DNA from: Octopus vulgaris
Lineage: Eukaryota
NCBI GenBank assembly: GCA_951406725.2
Contig: OX597841.1
Span: 2,666,001 to 2,730,000, forward strand
Length of the DNA stretch: 64,000 bases
Direction of reading: 5' to 3'
Each line of letters opens with the position of its first letter. Within the stretch, counting starts at the first letter, position 1. The notes beneath the pieces were generated by a model. The model did not search any database, was not told the DNA's origin, and was given only the letters and a program-made list of their open reading frames with translations. Below, one piece after another: positions 38,097-54,539 of the stretch. A program made the position numbers and the translations under genes.

Positions 38097-40325
38097 TCAG
38101 CTGATAATTCATTTCTAATAACTCTAACGCATTCCTCAGCTACCAGATACACACACACATATAACAAAACTATCCCTTATGAAACATTTCCCTAAGTATT
38201 AAACAATGAAGATCTTCCATGCTTTTAATTCTGTTGACGTTCGGTTTTTTGGCGCATCGATTCTTTGTTTCTCTTCTGTGTTTTATGAACGAATGATATC
38301 CACTGCGTGGTGCCAAGTACCCCAAATTTGCCATCAACATGTAGGAGAAGATACTGTGATAGCCTGGGCTTCAGAGGCCCACAGCTCTTCAATATCGTCT
38401 CGAAGAACCTGAGAGACCTGCATGGGGTGGATGCAGATGTCTTTAAAATAAAACTGGGTCTCTTCCTGTCAGGTATCCCAGATGAACCAACTTCACGGCA
38501 GGAGGTGCAGATGAGGGCAGCTGCATCGAACTCTCTCATGCACCAAATGGCAGTTGCTAAAAAGCATTTGTGAAGTAAAATCATGTAGCAACACCAAATG
38601 GCGGTGCCCCAGCATGGCCACAGCTCGCGTGCTGAAACTGGATAAAATAATAATAAATAAATAAATAAGATATTAAACCCAATTGATTTAAGGAGACTTA
38701 GCTCCCTTCGCTATTTTCTACCGACACATGCGCGTTTAAACGTCCTTCCTGCTTGACGTTGATATCTGGTTAAATGTGCAGGTGCGTGAATTTCTCTTAA
38801 TCAGCTAATAATACATTTATAATAGTTCTAATGTATTCCTCAACTACCAGACACACACATACATAACAACACTGTCCTTTATGAAACACTTCCGTAAGTA
38901 TTAAACAATGAAAATATTCAATGTTTTTAATTCTGTAGACGTTTCGGTTTTTGGCGCGTCAATTCTTTGTTTCTCTTCTATGTTTTATGAATAAGAGATG
39001 ACCTTCGTTTGTGCGAGATTTGGCTGTTATTTCTAGCTACGTGTGTGATTTAGCTGCTATTTCTAGCTTTGGAAGCTACCGTCTGCACTCTCCATCGTTG
39101 CCCCGTTTGTTGCGTGTTTTAGTTTGAGAAATGTACTGAAAGACACCCTGACCACTGAAATGTTTAGAAGCCAAAACCTTATTTGGTTAATGTTTACAAC
39201 ATTACTTGGAAACGAAATAAAATAAATTAATAAAAGACTTCCACCAATGCCCACCCCTATTTTCTCCCAAATTTGTTTATTGAATATTAATTAATTTTTT
39301 TTTGCCAAAAATCCCCGTTTTCGGATAAGGAGATTCCGGAAAATTGCCAAAAATCGGCATTGTGAAAATTCCCCGACTAACTTCTTCACTCTGAATTGTC
39401 ATGGTTTCTACTGGATGCCTTTCCAAGTGCCAACCACTTCATATTGTGCCATAGGGTGCTTTTATGTGGCACCACATGGACATTTGAATGTAGCAGCATT
39501 TTTAAATGGCATTGCATGGCTACTTTTATGAGGAATGGCCGTAAGTGCTTTTAACTAGAAGAGGGATGAGTCTTAACACATCTGTTATGAAGTGTGGATC
39601 TTCTTGAGTACAACAAGGCACCAGGAATGTTGGTCCTTTGTCATCTCACCTGAAAAGTTCTTCAGAACTTCATAGCCTGTCTTTCTGGGTGACCCACATG
39701 TTCCATCTGCTTTTAGAGGTTAGCACTTCTTTATGGTGCTGTCAGCATCCAGCTCAGTTAAGGCAAATGTTTATCTCTTCAGATTATCTCTATAGAAATG
39801 AATCATTTATTTTTTAAATAGCCTCTACATCTGACACTGTTCTTTGTCTTTAATTTCAGAGCACCAGATGACAGTGGTGTAACGGAAGACGAACCCTCAA
39901 CTCTATCCTGTTTTAAAGACTAAAAGAAAATATTCTCCGAAACAGATGTATCAGATTGGTTTTACAAAACTGTAGAAGAATTCCTGTGAAACATTTGTTC
40001 TGAAAAAATGTTATTAGCCAAATTTCTGGACATCACCAACTGGAGTGTGAAGAAGAGAAGCCTGTGTGCTGATTGAAGTTGGATAAATTAATTGAAGTGT
40101 TGCTAAACATAAGTAACACTGGACAGAAATACAGCAGAAGAACTGTTTGCAAGAAATAAAGTATAAAAAGAAAAAGAAGAAAAAATATAAACTGGGATTT
40201 GAGAGGCAAAATATTGGAAGAGAGTGAAAAAATTGTATGATTCATTTCTTCCGAACACATGAGAGAAGTGATTAGATCATGTGACTGTGATATCTTTATA
40301 GATGTCTTTTTTTAAAAGAAATTAA

Positions 40326-40946
<621 letters not shown>

Positions 40947-41775
40947 AAACCATATCAGTGTGATATCTGTTGTAAATCATTCTCTCAAAGTATTCACTTA
41001 TCTACACGCATATGTATTCACACAGGAGAGAAACCATTCTCTAAAAATGATACCTTAACTGAATAAAAAATGTATTCATCCAGGTGAAAAAGCATATCAT
41101 TGTGATGTCTGTGGTAAATCATTCATTCAAAATAGTAACTTAACTGTACACAAACGTATTCACACAGGTGAGAAACCATATCTTTGTGATATTTGTGGTA
41201 AATCATTCTCTCAAAATAATGTCTTAACTAAACACAAGCGTATTCTTACAGGAGGGAAACCATATCACTGCGATATCTGTGGTAAATCATTCTCTTATAA
41301 TTGTGTCTTAACTGCACATAAACGTATTCATACAGGAGAGAAACCACATCATTGTGAAATCTGTGGTAAATCATTCTCTGACAATAGAAACTTAATGAAT
41401 CACAAAGGTATTCATACAGGAGAGAAACCATATCATTGTGAAATCTGTGGTAAATCATTCTCTGAAAGTAATCATTTAACTGGGCACAAACATGTTCATA
41501 TAGGAGAGAAACCATTTCACTGCAATATCTGTGGTAAATCATTCTCTGACAATAGAAACTTAATGAATCACAAACTGATTCATACAGGAGAGAAACCATA
41601 TCATTTTGATATCTGTGGTAAAACATTCTCTATCAGTGGTTATGTTAATGTGCACAAACGTACTCATACTGGAGAGAAACCATATAATTGTGATATCTGT
41701 GGTAAAGCATTTTCTCAAAATTCTATCTTAACAAGACACAGACATATTCATACAGGGAAGACAGGAAAAGGGTAG
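40947..41775 (+). pseudogene. Decayed ~10-finger tail of ZNF6
   Basis: His>Arg, 27-nt deletion, TAA plus frameshift, His>Leu, Cys>Phe; ends GKTGKG*. Confidence 0.85.
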
Positions 41776-44700
41776 TTCCTTGTTCGCTATATATTTTTAA
41801 TATTCTTGTGGTTCATGTAATGGAAAATATGAGTAAAATATTTCAAAAATTTTATATTTCTTTGTTTTGTTTTTGTAATATTTGCCTCTCCTTCTTCCAC
41901 AACTGCTTGTACAGATTCCTTTCCATAATGTACCAAAACCCCTCCTCCTGACAACCCTACACATCAGGCATAATTATTCAGGGTAGGGCATCGGTGATCT
42001 TTGCATAGTGAAACACAGGCATGCGACTGAGTTGGAGGCAGAATTACTTGTGTCTTTAGCATGTAAAGAAAACGTTGTTATAGGAGTGTACACAGCACAT
42101 GTACTACAGCTGTACTATATGTAGTTTTAACACTGGAATTGAGGGGCAGGGGCGAATTATGGCTCCTTAATCTACAAAAAATAAGACATTTTGCATGTTA
42201 TGGGTAGTAATCAGGGTAACCTTTGTAATTTTAATTGAATTGGGGCATGCTTTGCCGTAAAAGAAAAATGTTACTTTTTGATGGTGCTTTTTACATTCCA
42301 CTGGCACAGGGGGCCAGTCAGGTGGCGCTGGCATCGGCCACAACTACAGTTTCCATTTTTGATTTTACTTGACTCAGTAGGTCCCCTTAAGCACAGTGTG
42401 TCACCCAACGATTCAAAGGTACTTCTGAAATGGGCTGGTTATGCGACACTGGTATAGGCTATGGCTGACAGCTTTTTTGTGTGGCAGATGCACAGGAGCA
42501 ATAAACACCGAAGATGCTCAGCAAACAGATTCCATCACATGCTAGAGGGAGAAACTAGAAATAGTTGATAACTTCTGTTACCTAGGTGACTATGTCTGTA
42601 GTTGGTGTGGATGCTCGGAGACCGTTGTCACTAGAATAAGAATAGCCTGTGCAAAGTTCAGAAATATCCGGCCTCTACTGGTGTCAAAGGACCACATGTT
42701 CACAGTGAAATGTAGACTGTATGATGCATGTGTGTGTACTGCCATGCTACACGGCAGAGTAACATGGGCCATGACTGTTGAGGACATATGTAGGCTTGAA
42801 AGAAATGAAGCTAGTATGATCTGCTGGATGTGTAATGTCAGTGTCCATGCACGACAGAGTATAAGTGCCCTTAGAGAAATGTTGGATATAAGAAGCATCA
42901 GATGTGGTGTGCAAGAGAGACGACTGTGTTTGTATGTTCCTGTGCTGCATATGGATGAGGAGAGCTTTGTGAAGAAGTGTCACTCCCTAACAGTGGAAGG
43001 AACTTGCGGAAGAGGGAGACCCAGGAAGACATAAGATGAGGTGGTTAGGGATGACTTCAAATGGTGGGCTTCACAGAGGCAATGACAAGAGACACAGGCC
43101 TCTGGAGATATGCTGTGACTGTGAAGACCCACACCGTATAATTTATAAGGTTGTCCAGGAAGTTATGACCAATGATGTGTGTAGAAGTATCATCGTGAAA
43201 ATGTTTCAAGACTAAAGTTCTCGTTAAATAATTCTTTTAATATCTTGTTTTGTTATTTAATTTATTTCGTGAACCTGCAATTATATTATTTGAGGAATTA
43301 CAACTGTGTTTCGTGGTCTGCTACCACAACAGATCCTTTATAGGATCCAGTTAGCTGAAGACATCATCAGGAGGAACCACGCCCGGTTTCGGCCCCTACT
43401 CTTCTACTGTCTTGACGTGACGGGGCCCCCACTTTCGGAGGTGTCTTCAGCTCTGGTGTTGGGTGCATGCCTTCTTTCTTCTGTTCCCTGGCCTCTTCGA
43501 CGTATCGTCAGCGAGTGTCAGCCGGTGACTGACCGTCTCATCAAATTTTTCTCTTTAAATACCTGCCGCAAAGGCTCCAGCAGGCAGCCCTAGCAAGTTG
43601 TGTGACACTGTCTCACCTTAACAACTTGCTGGGGCTACCTGCTGGAGGCTGTGCAACAGGTATTTATTTACATTTTTAATCCCCTTCCCCAGTTCCCTGC
43701 CCTTTTTCTCACACGTGATGTAGGGTCATCTATTCTACAAATTTTCATGTTACACATGGCTCAAATGTCCTGTGAATGAATTCCTTTTAATCAGCTGATA
43801 ATTCATTTATAATAACTCTAACGCATTCCTCAGCTACCAGATACACACACACATATAACAAAACTATCCCTTATGAAACATTTCCCTAAGTATTACACAA
43901 TGAAGATCTTCCATGCTTTTAATTCTGTAGACGTTCGGTTTTTTGGCGCATCGATTCTTTGTTTCTCTTCTGTGTTTTATGAACGAATGATGTCCTTGAC
44001 TTTTGCGGGATTTGGCTGCTATTTCTAGCAATCGATGAGAGATGTCTATAATTTGTGCAAGATTTAGCTACTATTGCCAGCTATCGACGAGAGATATGCC
44101 ATAATATACACCCGGAAGATCCTAGAAGGACTTGTCCCAAACTTTGGCATAGAGAGTTACACAAATGCCAGAACTGTGTGCCACTGCGTGGTGCCAAGGA
44201 CTCCAAATTTGCCATCAAGATGTAGGACAAGATATTGTGATAGCCTGGGCTTCAGAGGCCCACAGCTCTTCAATATCGTCCCGAAGAACCTGAGAGACCT
44301 GCATGGGGTGGATGCAGATGTCTTTAAAATAAAACTGGGTCTCTTCCTGTCAGGTATCCCAGATGAACCAACTTCACGGCAGGAGGTGCAGATGAGGGCA
44401 GCTTCATCGAACTCTCTCATGCACCAAATGGCAGTTGCTAAAAAGCATTTGTGAAGTAAAATCATGTAGCAACACCAAATGGCGGTGCCCCAGCATGGCC
44501 ACAGCTCGCGTGCTGAAACTGGATAAACTAATAATAAATAAATAAATAAGATATTAAACCCAATTGATTTAAGGAGACTTAGCTCCCTTCGCTATTTTCT
44601 ACCGACACATGCGCGTTTAAACGTCCTTCCTGCTTGACGTTGATATCTGGTTAAATGTGCAGGTGCGTGAATTTCTCTTAATCAGCTAATAATACATTTA

Positions 44701-46843
44701 TAATAGTTCTAATGTATTCCTCAACTACCAGACACACACATACATAACAACACTGTCCTTTATGAAACACTTCCGTAAGTATTAAACAATGAAAATATTC
44801 AATGTTTTTAATTCTGTAGACGTTTCGGTTTTTGGCGCCTCATTTCTTTGTTTCTCTTCTATGTTTTATGAATGAGAGATGTCCTTCGTTTGTGCGAGAT
44901 TTGGCTGTTATTTCTAGCTACGTGTGTGATTTAGCTGCTATTTCTAGCTTTGGAAGCTACCGTCTGCACTCTCCATCGTTGCCCCGTTTGTTGCGTGTTT
45001 TAGTTTGAGAAATGTACTGAAAGACACCCTGACCACTGAAATGTTTAGAAGCCAAAACCTTATTTGGTTAATGTTTACAACATTACTTGGAAACGAAATA
45101 AAATAAATTAATTAAAGACTTCCACCAAAGCCCACCCCTATTTTCTCCCAGATTTGTTTATTAAATTTTTTTTCCCATTATAATCCCCGTTTTCGAATAC
45201 GGAGATTCCGGAAAATTGCCAAAAATCGGCATTGTGAAAATTCCCCGACTAGCTTCTTCAATTTTGACTTTTTCCGTAACACGAACCCTAAAACCCTAAC
45301 CGTAAGTACAGAGATGCTTTGAAATTTTTGTCCGTATCCTGATGTCTCCGTATTTTTCCGCATTTTTAGAAAAGAAAAAAATTCTTTAAAAAAACATTTT
45401 ACAAAGATTTTTGGAATTTTTTTTCATAATCATAATCTCCGTATTTTCCCGCATATTTTAAGGAGAAAAAAGTTTAAAATCATGGAAATGGGGGAGGAGT
45501 TGGTGTAGTTTAGAAATGTCAATTTTTGCTGATTCGCATTCCCCGTAGCCGAAAGGGGAAGGGGTGTATAAAAAAGGTTTAGAAAAGGGTTTGAGGGGAT
45601 GATGTAGTCATAGATATACAACACTATACAAACAGACAGGATTGTCATGGATGGAATGTCATTAAACACATGTCTGCTCTGTCAGAAGTGACCTGGATCT
45701 AAAGAACAGTATCAAGTTCTATTTCTACAGAAGGACTAATGTTAGTGTCCCCTATTCTGTGGTTTTCTTTTCAAACTGTTACAAAATGTGGAGGGGTCAG
45801 TGTAGTTTACAAATATGTCAGCTTCACACAAGATTCTGTGGAGTAAATTTTGATAAATTAGGATGTTCATTTGATCATCGTCTTTTCATTATCCATTGTC
45901 CATGCTGGCATGGTTGGATGGGGAGCTGCAGCAGCCTTCAGTCTGAATTGTCATGGTTTCTACTGGATGCCTTTCCAAGTGCCAACCACTACATATTGTG
46001 CCATAGGGTGCTTTTATGTGGCACCACATGGACATTTGAATGTAGCAGCATTTTTACATGGCATTGCATGGCTACTTTTATGAGGAATGGCCGTAAGTGC
46101 TTTTAACTAGAAGAGGGATGAGTCTTAACACATCTGTTATGAAGTGTGGATCTTCTTGAGTACAACAAGGCACCAGGAATGTTGGTCCTTTGTCATCTCA
46201 CCTGAAAAGTTCTTCAGCACTTCATAGCCTGTCTTTCTGGGTGACCCACATGTTCCATCTGCTTTTAGAGGTTAGCACTTCTTTATGGTGCTGTCAGCAT
46301 CCAGCTCAGTTAAGGCAAATGTTTATCTCTTCAGATTATCTCTATAGAAATGAATCATTTATTTTTTAAAATAGCCTCTACATCTGACACTGTTCTTTGT
46401 CTTTAATTTCAGAGCACCAGATGACAGTGGTGTAACGGAAGACGAACCCTCAACTCTATCCTGTTTTAAAGACTAAAAGAAAATATTCTCCGAAACAGAT
46501 GTATCAGATTGGTTTTACAAAACTGTAGAAGAATTCCTGTGAAACATTTGTTCTGAAAAAATGTTATTAGCCAAATTTCTGGACATCACCAACTGGAGTG
46601 TGAAGAAGAGAAGCCTGTGTGCTGATTGAAGTTGGATAAATTAATTGAAGTGTTGCTAAACATAAGTAACACTGGACAGAAATACAGCAGAAGAACTGTT
46701 TGCAAGAAATAAAGTATAAAAAGAAAAAGAAGAAAAAATATAAACTGGGATTTGAGAGGCAAAATATTGGAAGAGAGTGAAAAAATTGTATGATTCATTT
46801 CTTCTGAACACATGAGAGAAGTGATTAGATCATGTGACTGTGA

Positions 46844-48588
<1,745 letters not shown>

Positions 48589-51500
48589 TGACAACCCTAC
48601 ACATCAGGCATGTGCCAGCAGTAATTACCCAGGGTAGGGCATCGGTGACGTTTGCATAGTGAAACACAGGCATGCGACTGAGTTGGAGGCAGAATTACTT
48701 GTGTCTTTAGCATGTAAAGAAAACGTTGTTATAGGAGTGTACACAGCACATGTACTACAGCTGTACTATATGTAGTTTTAACACTGGAATTGAGGGGCAG
48801 GGGCGAATTATGGCTTCTTAATCTACAAAATGATAAGATATTTTGCATGTTATGGGTAGTAAACAGGGTAACCTTTGTAATTTTAATGAATTTGGGGCAT
48901 GCTTTGCCGTAAAAGAAAAATGTTACTTTTTGATGGTGCTTTTTACATTCCACTGGCACAGGGGGCAGTCAGGTGGCGCTGGCATCGGCCACAATTACAG
49001 TTTCCATTTTTGATTTTACTTGACTCAGTAGGTCCCCTTAAGCACAGTGTGTCACCCAACGATTCAAAGGTACTTCTGAAATGGGCTGGTTATGCGACAC
49101 TGGTATAGGCTATGGCTGACAGCTTTTGTGTGTGGCATATGCACAGGAGCAATAAACACCGAAGATGCTCAGCAAACAGATTCCATCACATGCTAGAGGG
49201 AGAAACTAGAAATAGTTGATAACTTCTGTTACCTATGTGACTATGTCTGTAGTTGGTGTGGATGCTCGGAGACCGTTGTCACTAGAATAAGAATAGCCTG
49301 TGCAAAGTTCAGAAATATCCGGCCTCTACTGGTGTCAAAGGACCACTCGTTCAGAGTGAAATGTAGACTGTATGATGCATGTGTGTGTACTGCCATGCTA
49401 CACGGCAGAGTAACATGGGCCTTGACTGTTGAGGACATATGTAGGCTTGAAAGAATGAAGCTAGTATGATCTGCTGGATGTGTAATGTCAGTGTCCATGC
49501 ACGACAGAGTATAAGTGCCCTTAGAGAAATGTTGGATATGAGAAGCATCAGATGTGGTGTGCAAGAGAGACGACTGTGTTTGTATGTTCATGTACTGCAT
49601 ATGGATGAGGAGAGCTTTGTGAAGAAGTGTCACTCCCTAACAGTGGAAGGAACTTGCGGAAGAGGGAGACCCAGGAAGACATAAGATGAGGTGGTTAGGG
49701 ATGACTTCAAATGGTGGGCTTCATAGACGCAATGACAAGAGACACAGGCCTCTGGAGATATGCTGTGACTGTGAAGACCCACACCGTATAATTTATAAGG
49801 TTGTCCAGGAAGTTATGACCAATGATGTGTGTAGAAGTATCATCGTGAAAATGTTTCAAGACTAAAGTTCTCGTTAAATAATTCTTTAATATCTTGTTTT
49901 GTTATTTAATTTATTTCGTGAACCTGCAATTATATTATTTGAGGAATTACAACCGTGTTTCGTGGTCTGCTACCACAACAGATCCTTTATAGGATCCAGT
50001 TAGCTGAAGACATCATCAGGAGGAACCACGCCCGGTTTCGGCCCCTACTCCTCTACTGTCTTGACGTGACGGGGCCCCCACTTTCGGAGGTGTCTTCAGC
50101 TCTGGTGTTGGGTACATGTCTTCTTCCTTCTCTTCCCTGGCCTCTTCGATGTATCGTCAGCGAGTGTCAGCCGGTGACTGACCGTCTCATCAAATTTTTC
50201 TCTTTAAATACCTGCCGCAAAGGCTCCAGCAGGCAGCCCCACCAAGATGTCGCGTGACACTGTCTCACCTTAACAACTTGCCGGGCCTACCTGCTGGCGG
50301 CTGTGCAACAGGTATTGAATTTACATTTTTAATCCGCTTCCCCAGTTCCCTGCCCTTTTTCTCACACGTGATGTAGGGTCATCTATTCTACAAATTTTCA
50401 TGTTACACATGGCTTAAATGTCCTGTGAACGAATTCCTTTTAATCAGCTGATAATTCATTTATAATAACTCTAACGCATTCCTCAGCTACCAGATACACA
50501 CACACATATAACAAAACTATCCCTTATGAAACATTTCCCTAAGTATTAAACAATGAAGATCTTCCATGCTTTTAATTCTGTAGACGTTCGGTTTTTTGGC
50601 GCATCGATTCTTTGTTTCTCTTCTGTGTTTTATGAACGAATGATATCCACTGCGTGGTGCCAAGTACCCCAAATTTGCCATCAACATGTAGGAGAAGATA
50701 CTGTGATAGCCTGGGCTTCAGAGGCCCACAGCTCTTCAATATCGTCCCGATGAACCTGAGAGACCTGCATAGGGTGGATGCAGATGTCTTTAAAATAAAA
50801 CTGGGTCTCTTCCTGTCAGGTATCCCAGATGAACCAACTTCACGGCAGGAGGTGCAGATGAGGGCAGCTGCATCGAACTCTCTCATGCACCAAATGGCAG
50901 TTGCTAAAAAGCATTTGTGAAGTAAAATCATGTAGCAACACCAAATGGCGGTGCCCCAGCATGGCCACAGCTCGCGTGCTGAAAATGGATAAAATAATAA
51001 TAAAGAAATAAATAAGATATTAAACCCAATTGATTTAAGGAGACTTAGCTCCCTTCGCTATTTTCTACCGACACATGCGCGTTTAAACGTCCTTCCTGCT
51101 TGACGTTGATATCTGGTTAAATGTGCAGGTGCGTGAATTTCTCTTAATCAGCTAATAATACATTTATAATAGTTCTAATGTATTCCTCAACTACCAGACA
51201 CACACATACATAACAACACTGTCCTTTATGAAACAGTTCCGTAAGTATTAAACAATGAAAATATTCAATGTTTTTAATTCTGTAGACGTTTCGGTTTTTG
51301 GCGCGTCAATTCTTTTTTTCTCTTCTATGTTTTATGAATGAGAGATGTACTTCGTTTGTGCGTGATTTGGCTGTTATTTCTAGCTACGTGTGTGATTTAG
51401 CTGCTTTTTCTAGCTTTGGAAGCTACCGTCTGCACTCTCCATCGTTGCCCCGTTTGTTGCGTGTTTTAGTTTGAGAAATGTACTGAAAGACACCCTGACC

Positions 51501-54500
51501 ACTGAAATGTTTAGAAGCCAAAACCTTATTTGGTTAATGTTTACAACATTACTTGGAAACGAAATAAAATAAATTAATAAAAGACTTCCACCAAAGCCCA
51601 CCCCTATTTTCTCCCAGATTTGTTTATTAAATTTTTTTTTCCCATTATAATCCCCGTTTTCGAATACGGAGATTCCGGAAAATTGCCAAAAATCGGCATT
51701 GTGAAAATTCCCCGACTAGCTTCTTCAATTTTGACTTTTTTCCGTAACACGAACCCTAAAACCCTAACCGTAAGTACAGAGATGCTTTGAAATTTTTTGT
51801 CCGTATCCTGATGTCTCCGTATTTTTCCGCATTTTTAGAAAAGAAAAAAATTCTTTAAAAAAACATTTTACAAAGATTTTTGGAATTTTTTTTCATAATC
51901 ATAATCTCCGTATTTTCCCGCATATTTTAAGGAGAAAAAAGTTTAAAATCAAGGAAATGGGGGAGGAGTCGGTGTAATTTAGAAATGTCAATTTTTGCCA
52001 ATTTTTTTTACCGATTCGCATTCCCCGTAAAAAAAAGGTTTAAAAAAGGGTGTGTGGGTTTGTGCAACGGGTGTTAAAAAAAGGGAAGGAAACGAATATC
52101 AAAGCAAAAATGCGCGGAAAGCAACGAGGGGTGGGGGATTACTTTGGAAAATTCAAAAGATCCGAGTTTTTCCCTCATAACTTTTGGGAAAAAGGATTTC
52201 TTAAGTGAAATTTTATATAAATATATTTCAAACGGCTGAGGTTACGATTAGAAAGAAATTTGTGGGTAAAATCTTTTCCGATGGGGTGAGGAGAGGATTT
52301 CAGAAAATTAACAAGATTCGATTTTGTCCCTCGTAAATATAAGGAAAATTTACCGAGATGTACTTGCATAGCAAGTGACCTGATCTGCGATCGTGTGCTG
52401 AAATAAAAACAATTGCTGCAAAGAAGGTGTTTATAAGCCATTGAAAAACATAGAAAAACCGTTGGATTCACTTCAACATTTGTATACACATATACACGCT
52501 TATCTATCTACACATAAATGTCAGTATTTTTGCAGACGACGGTATATATATGTGCATACATATATCTACACACATATTCATACGTGCATGCACGTACACA
52601 CTCATACACACACATATACTCAAACAACACATACGCATGCAAAATGACACATACATCTACATATGTGTACATACATATTAATCTACATACAGTCTTCTGA
52701 TTATATATAACTACATATATATATTTCAATATCATGCATCTCAACATGTCTGTATGGATTTGTACGTGTAAATGAGAGAAATAATAGATGGGTACTCCTG
52801 GGTGGAATCTGGGTGTTTCCCCATCCGGATTTACAGTTGAGGGTGGATTTGTGTTCCTGTATACAGACAACTTCGGTGACTTGTCTCGGCATTGCATCAG
52901 TGGGATGTGAAGTTCAGAATCAGAATAAAACTTGATATGAAAATAAAGACAAGAAAACACACACTCACACACAACAAACTTCTTTCAGTTTCTATCCAAT
53001 CCACTCATCTGGCTTCAGACACACTGCTGCTATTAAAGAACACACTTGCTCAAGGTGCTGCTCTGTGCAACTGAACTTCAAAATACATGGTTGGAAATCA
53101 GTTGGTATTTTTTCTTCTCTTTTCTACTTCTGTTGACTTTTCGTCACTCACCATTCTTGTTTGATCTGTAATAAAGATTGTAGGTCTTAAAACTCTCCAT
53201 CTGGTCATGTGTCTGCTCATCTCCCTTTAGTTTCACCCTCCAGTCGTGAATATTGAGGACTGTATTGGATGATGTAGTCATAGATATACAACACTATACA
53301 AACAGACAGGATTGTCATGGATGGAATGTCATTAAACACATGTCTGCTCGGTCAGAAATGACCTGGATCTAAAGAACAGTATCAAGTTCTATTTCTACAG
53401 AAGGACTAATGTTAGTGTCCCCTATTCTGTGGTTTTCTTTTTAAACTGTTACAAAATGTGGAGGGGTCAGTGTAGTTTACAAATATGTCAGCTTCACACA
53501 AGATTCTGTGGAGTAAATTTTGATAAATTAGGATGTTCATTTGATCATCGTCTTTTCATTATCCATTGTCCATGCTGGCATGGTTGGATGGGGAGCTGCA
53601 GCAGCCTTCAGTCTGAATCGTCATGGTTTCTACTGGATGCCCTTCCAAGTGCCAACCACTACAAATTGTGCCATAGGGTGCTTTTTGTGGCACCACATGG
53701 AGCATTTTCACATGGCATTGCATGGCTACTTTTATGAGGAATGGCCGCAAGTGCTTTTAACTAGAAGAGGGATGAGTCTTAACACATCTGTTATGAAGTG
53801 TGGATCTCCTTGAGTACAACAAGGCACCAGGAATGTTGGTCCTTTGTCATCTCACCTGAAAAGTTCTTCAGCACTTGATAGCCTGTCTTTCTGGGTGACC
53901 CACATGTTCCATCTGCTTTTAGAGGTTAGCACTTCTTTATGGTGCTGTCAGCATCCAGCTCAGTTAAGGCAAATGTTTATCTCTTCAGATTATCTCTATA
54001 GAAATGAATCATTTATTTTTTAAAATAGCCTCTACATCTGACACTGTTCTTTGTCTTTAATTTCAGAGCATCAGATGACAGTGGTGTAACGGAAGACGAA
54101 CCCTCAACTCTATCCTGTTTAAAAGACTAAAAGAAAATATTCTATGAAACAGATGTATCAGATTGGTTTTACAAAACTGTAGAAGAATTCCTGTGAAACA
54201 TTTGTTCTGAAAAAATGTTATTAGCCAAATTTCTGGACATCACCAACTGGAGTGTGAAGAAGAGAAGCCTGTGTGCTGATTGAAGTTGGATAAATTAATT
54301 GAAGTGTTGCTAAACATAAGTAACACTGGACATAAATACAGCAGAAGAACTGTTTGCAAGAAATAAAGTATAAAAAGAAAAAGAAGAAAAAATATAAACT
54401 GGGATTTGAGAGGCAAAATATTGGAAGAGAGTGAAAAAATTGTATGATTCATTTCTTCTGAACACATGAGAGAAGTGATTAGATCATGTGACCGTGATAT

Positions 54501-54539
54501 CTTTACAGATGTCTTTTTTTAAAAGAAAGTAAACTAATT

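Noticed and set aside
41395-41775. Independent 126-aa ZNF genes at 41395 and 60275
   Set aside because: They start at an internal Met in the decayed tail, with no promoter or acceptor module, and include a Cys>Phe finger.
52441-52972. ORFs in the CA/TA-rich intron segment
   Set aside because: Low-complexity microsatellite-derived sequence.
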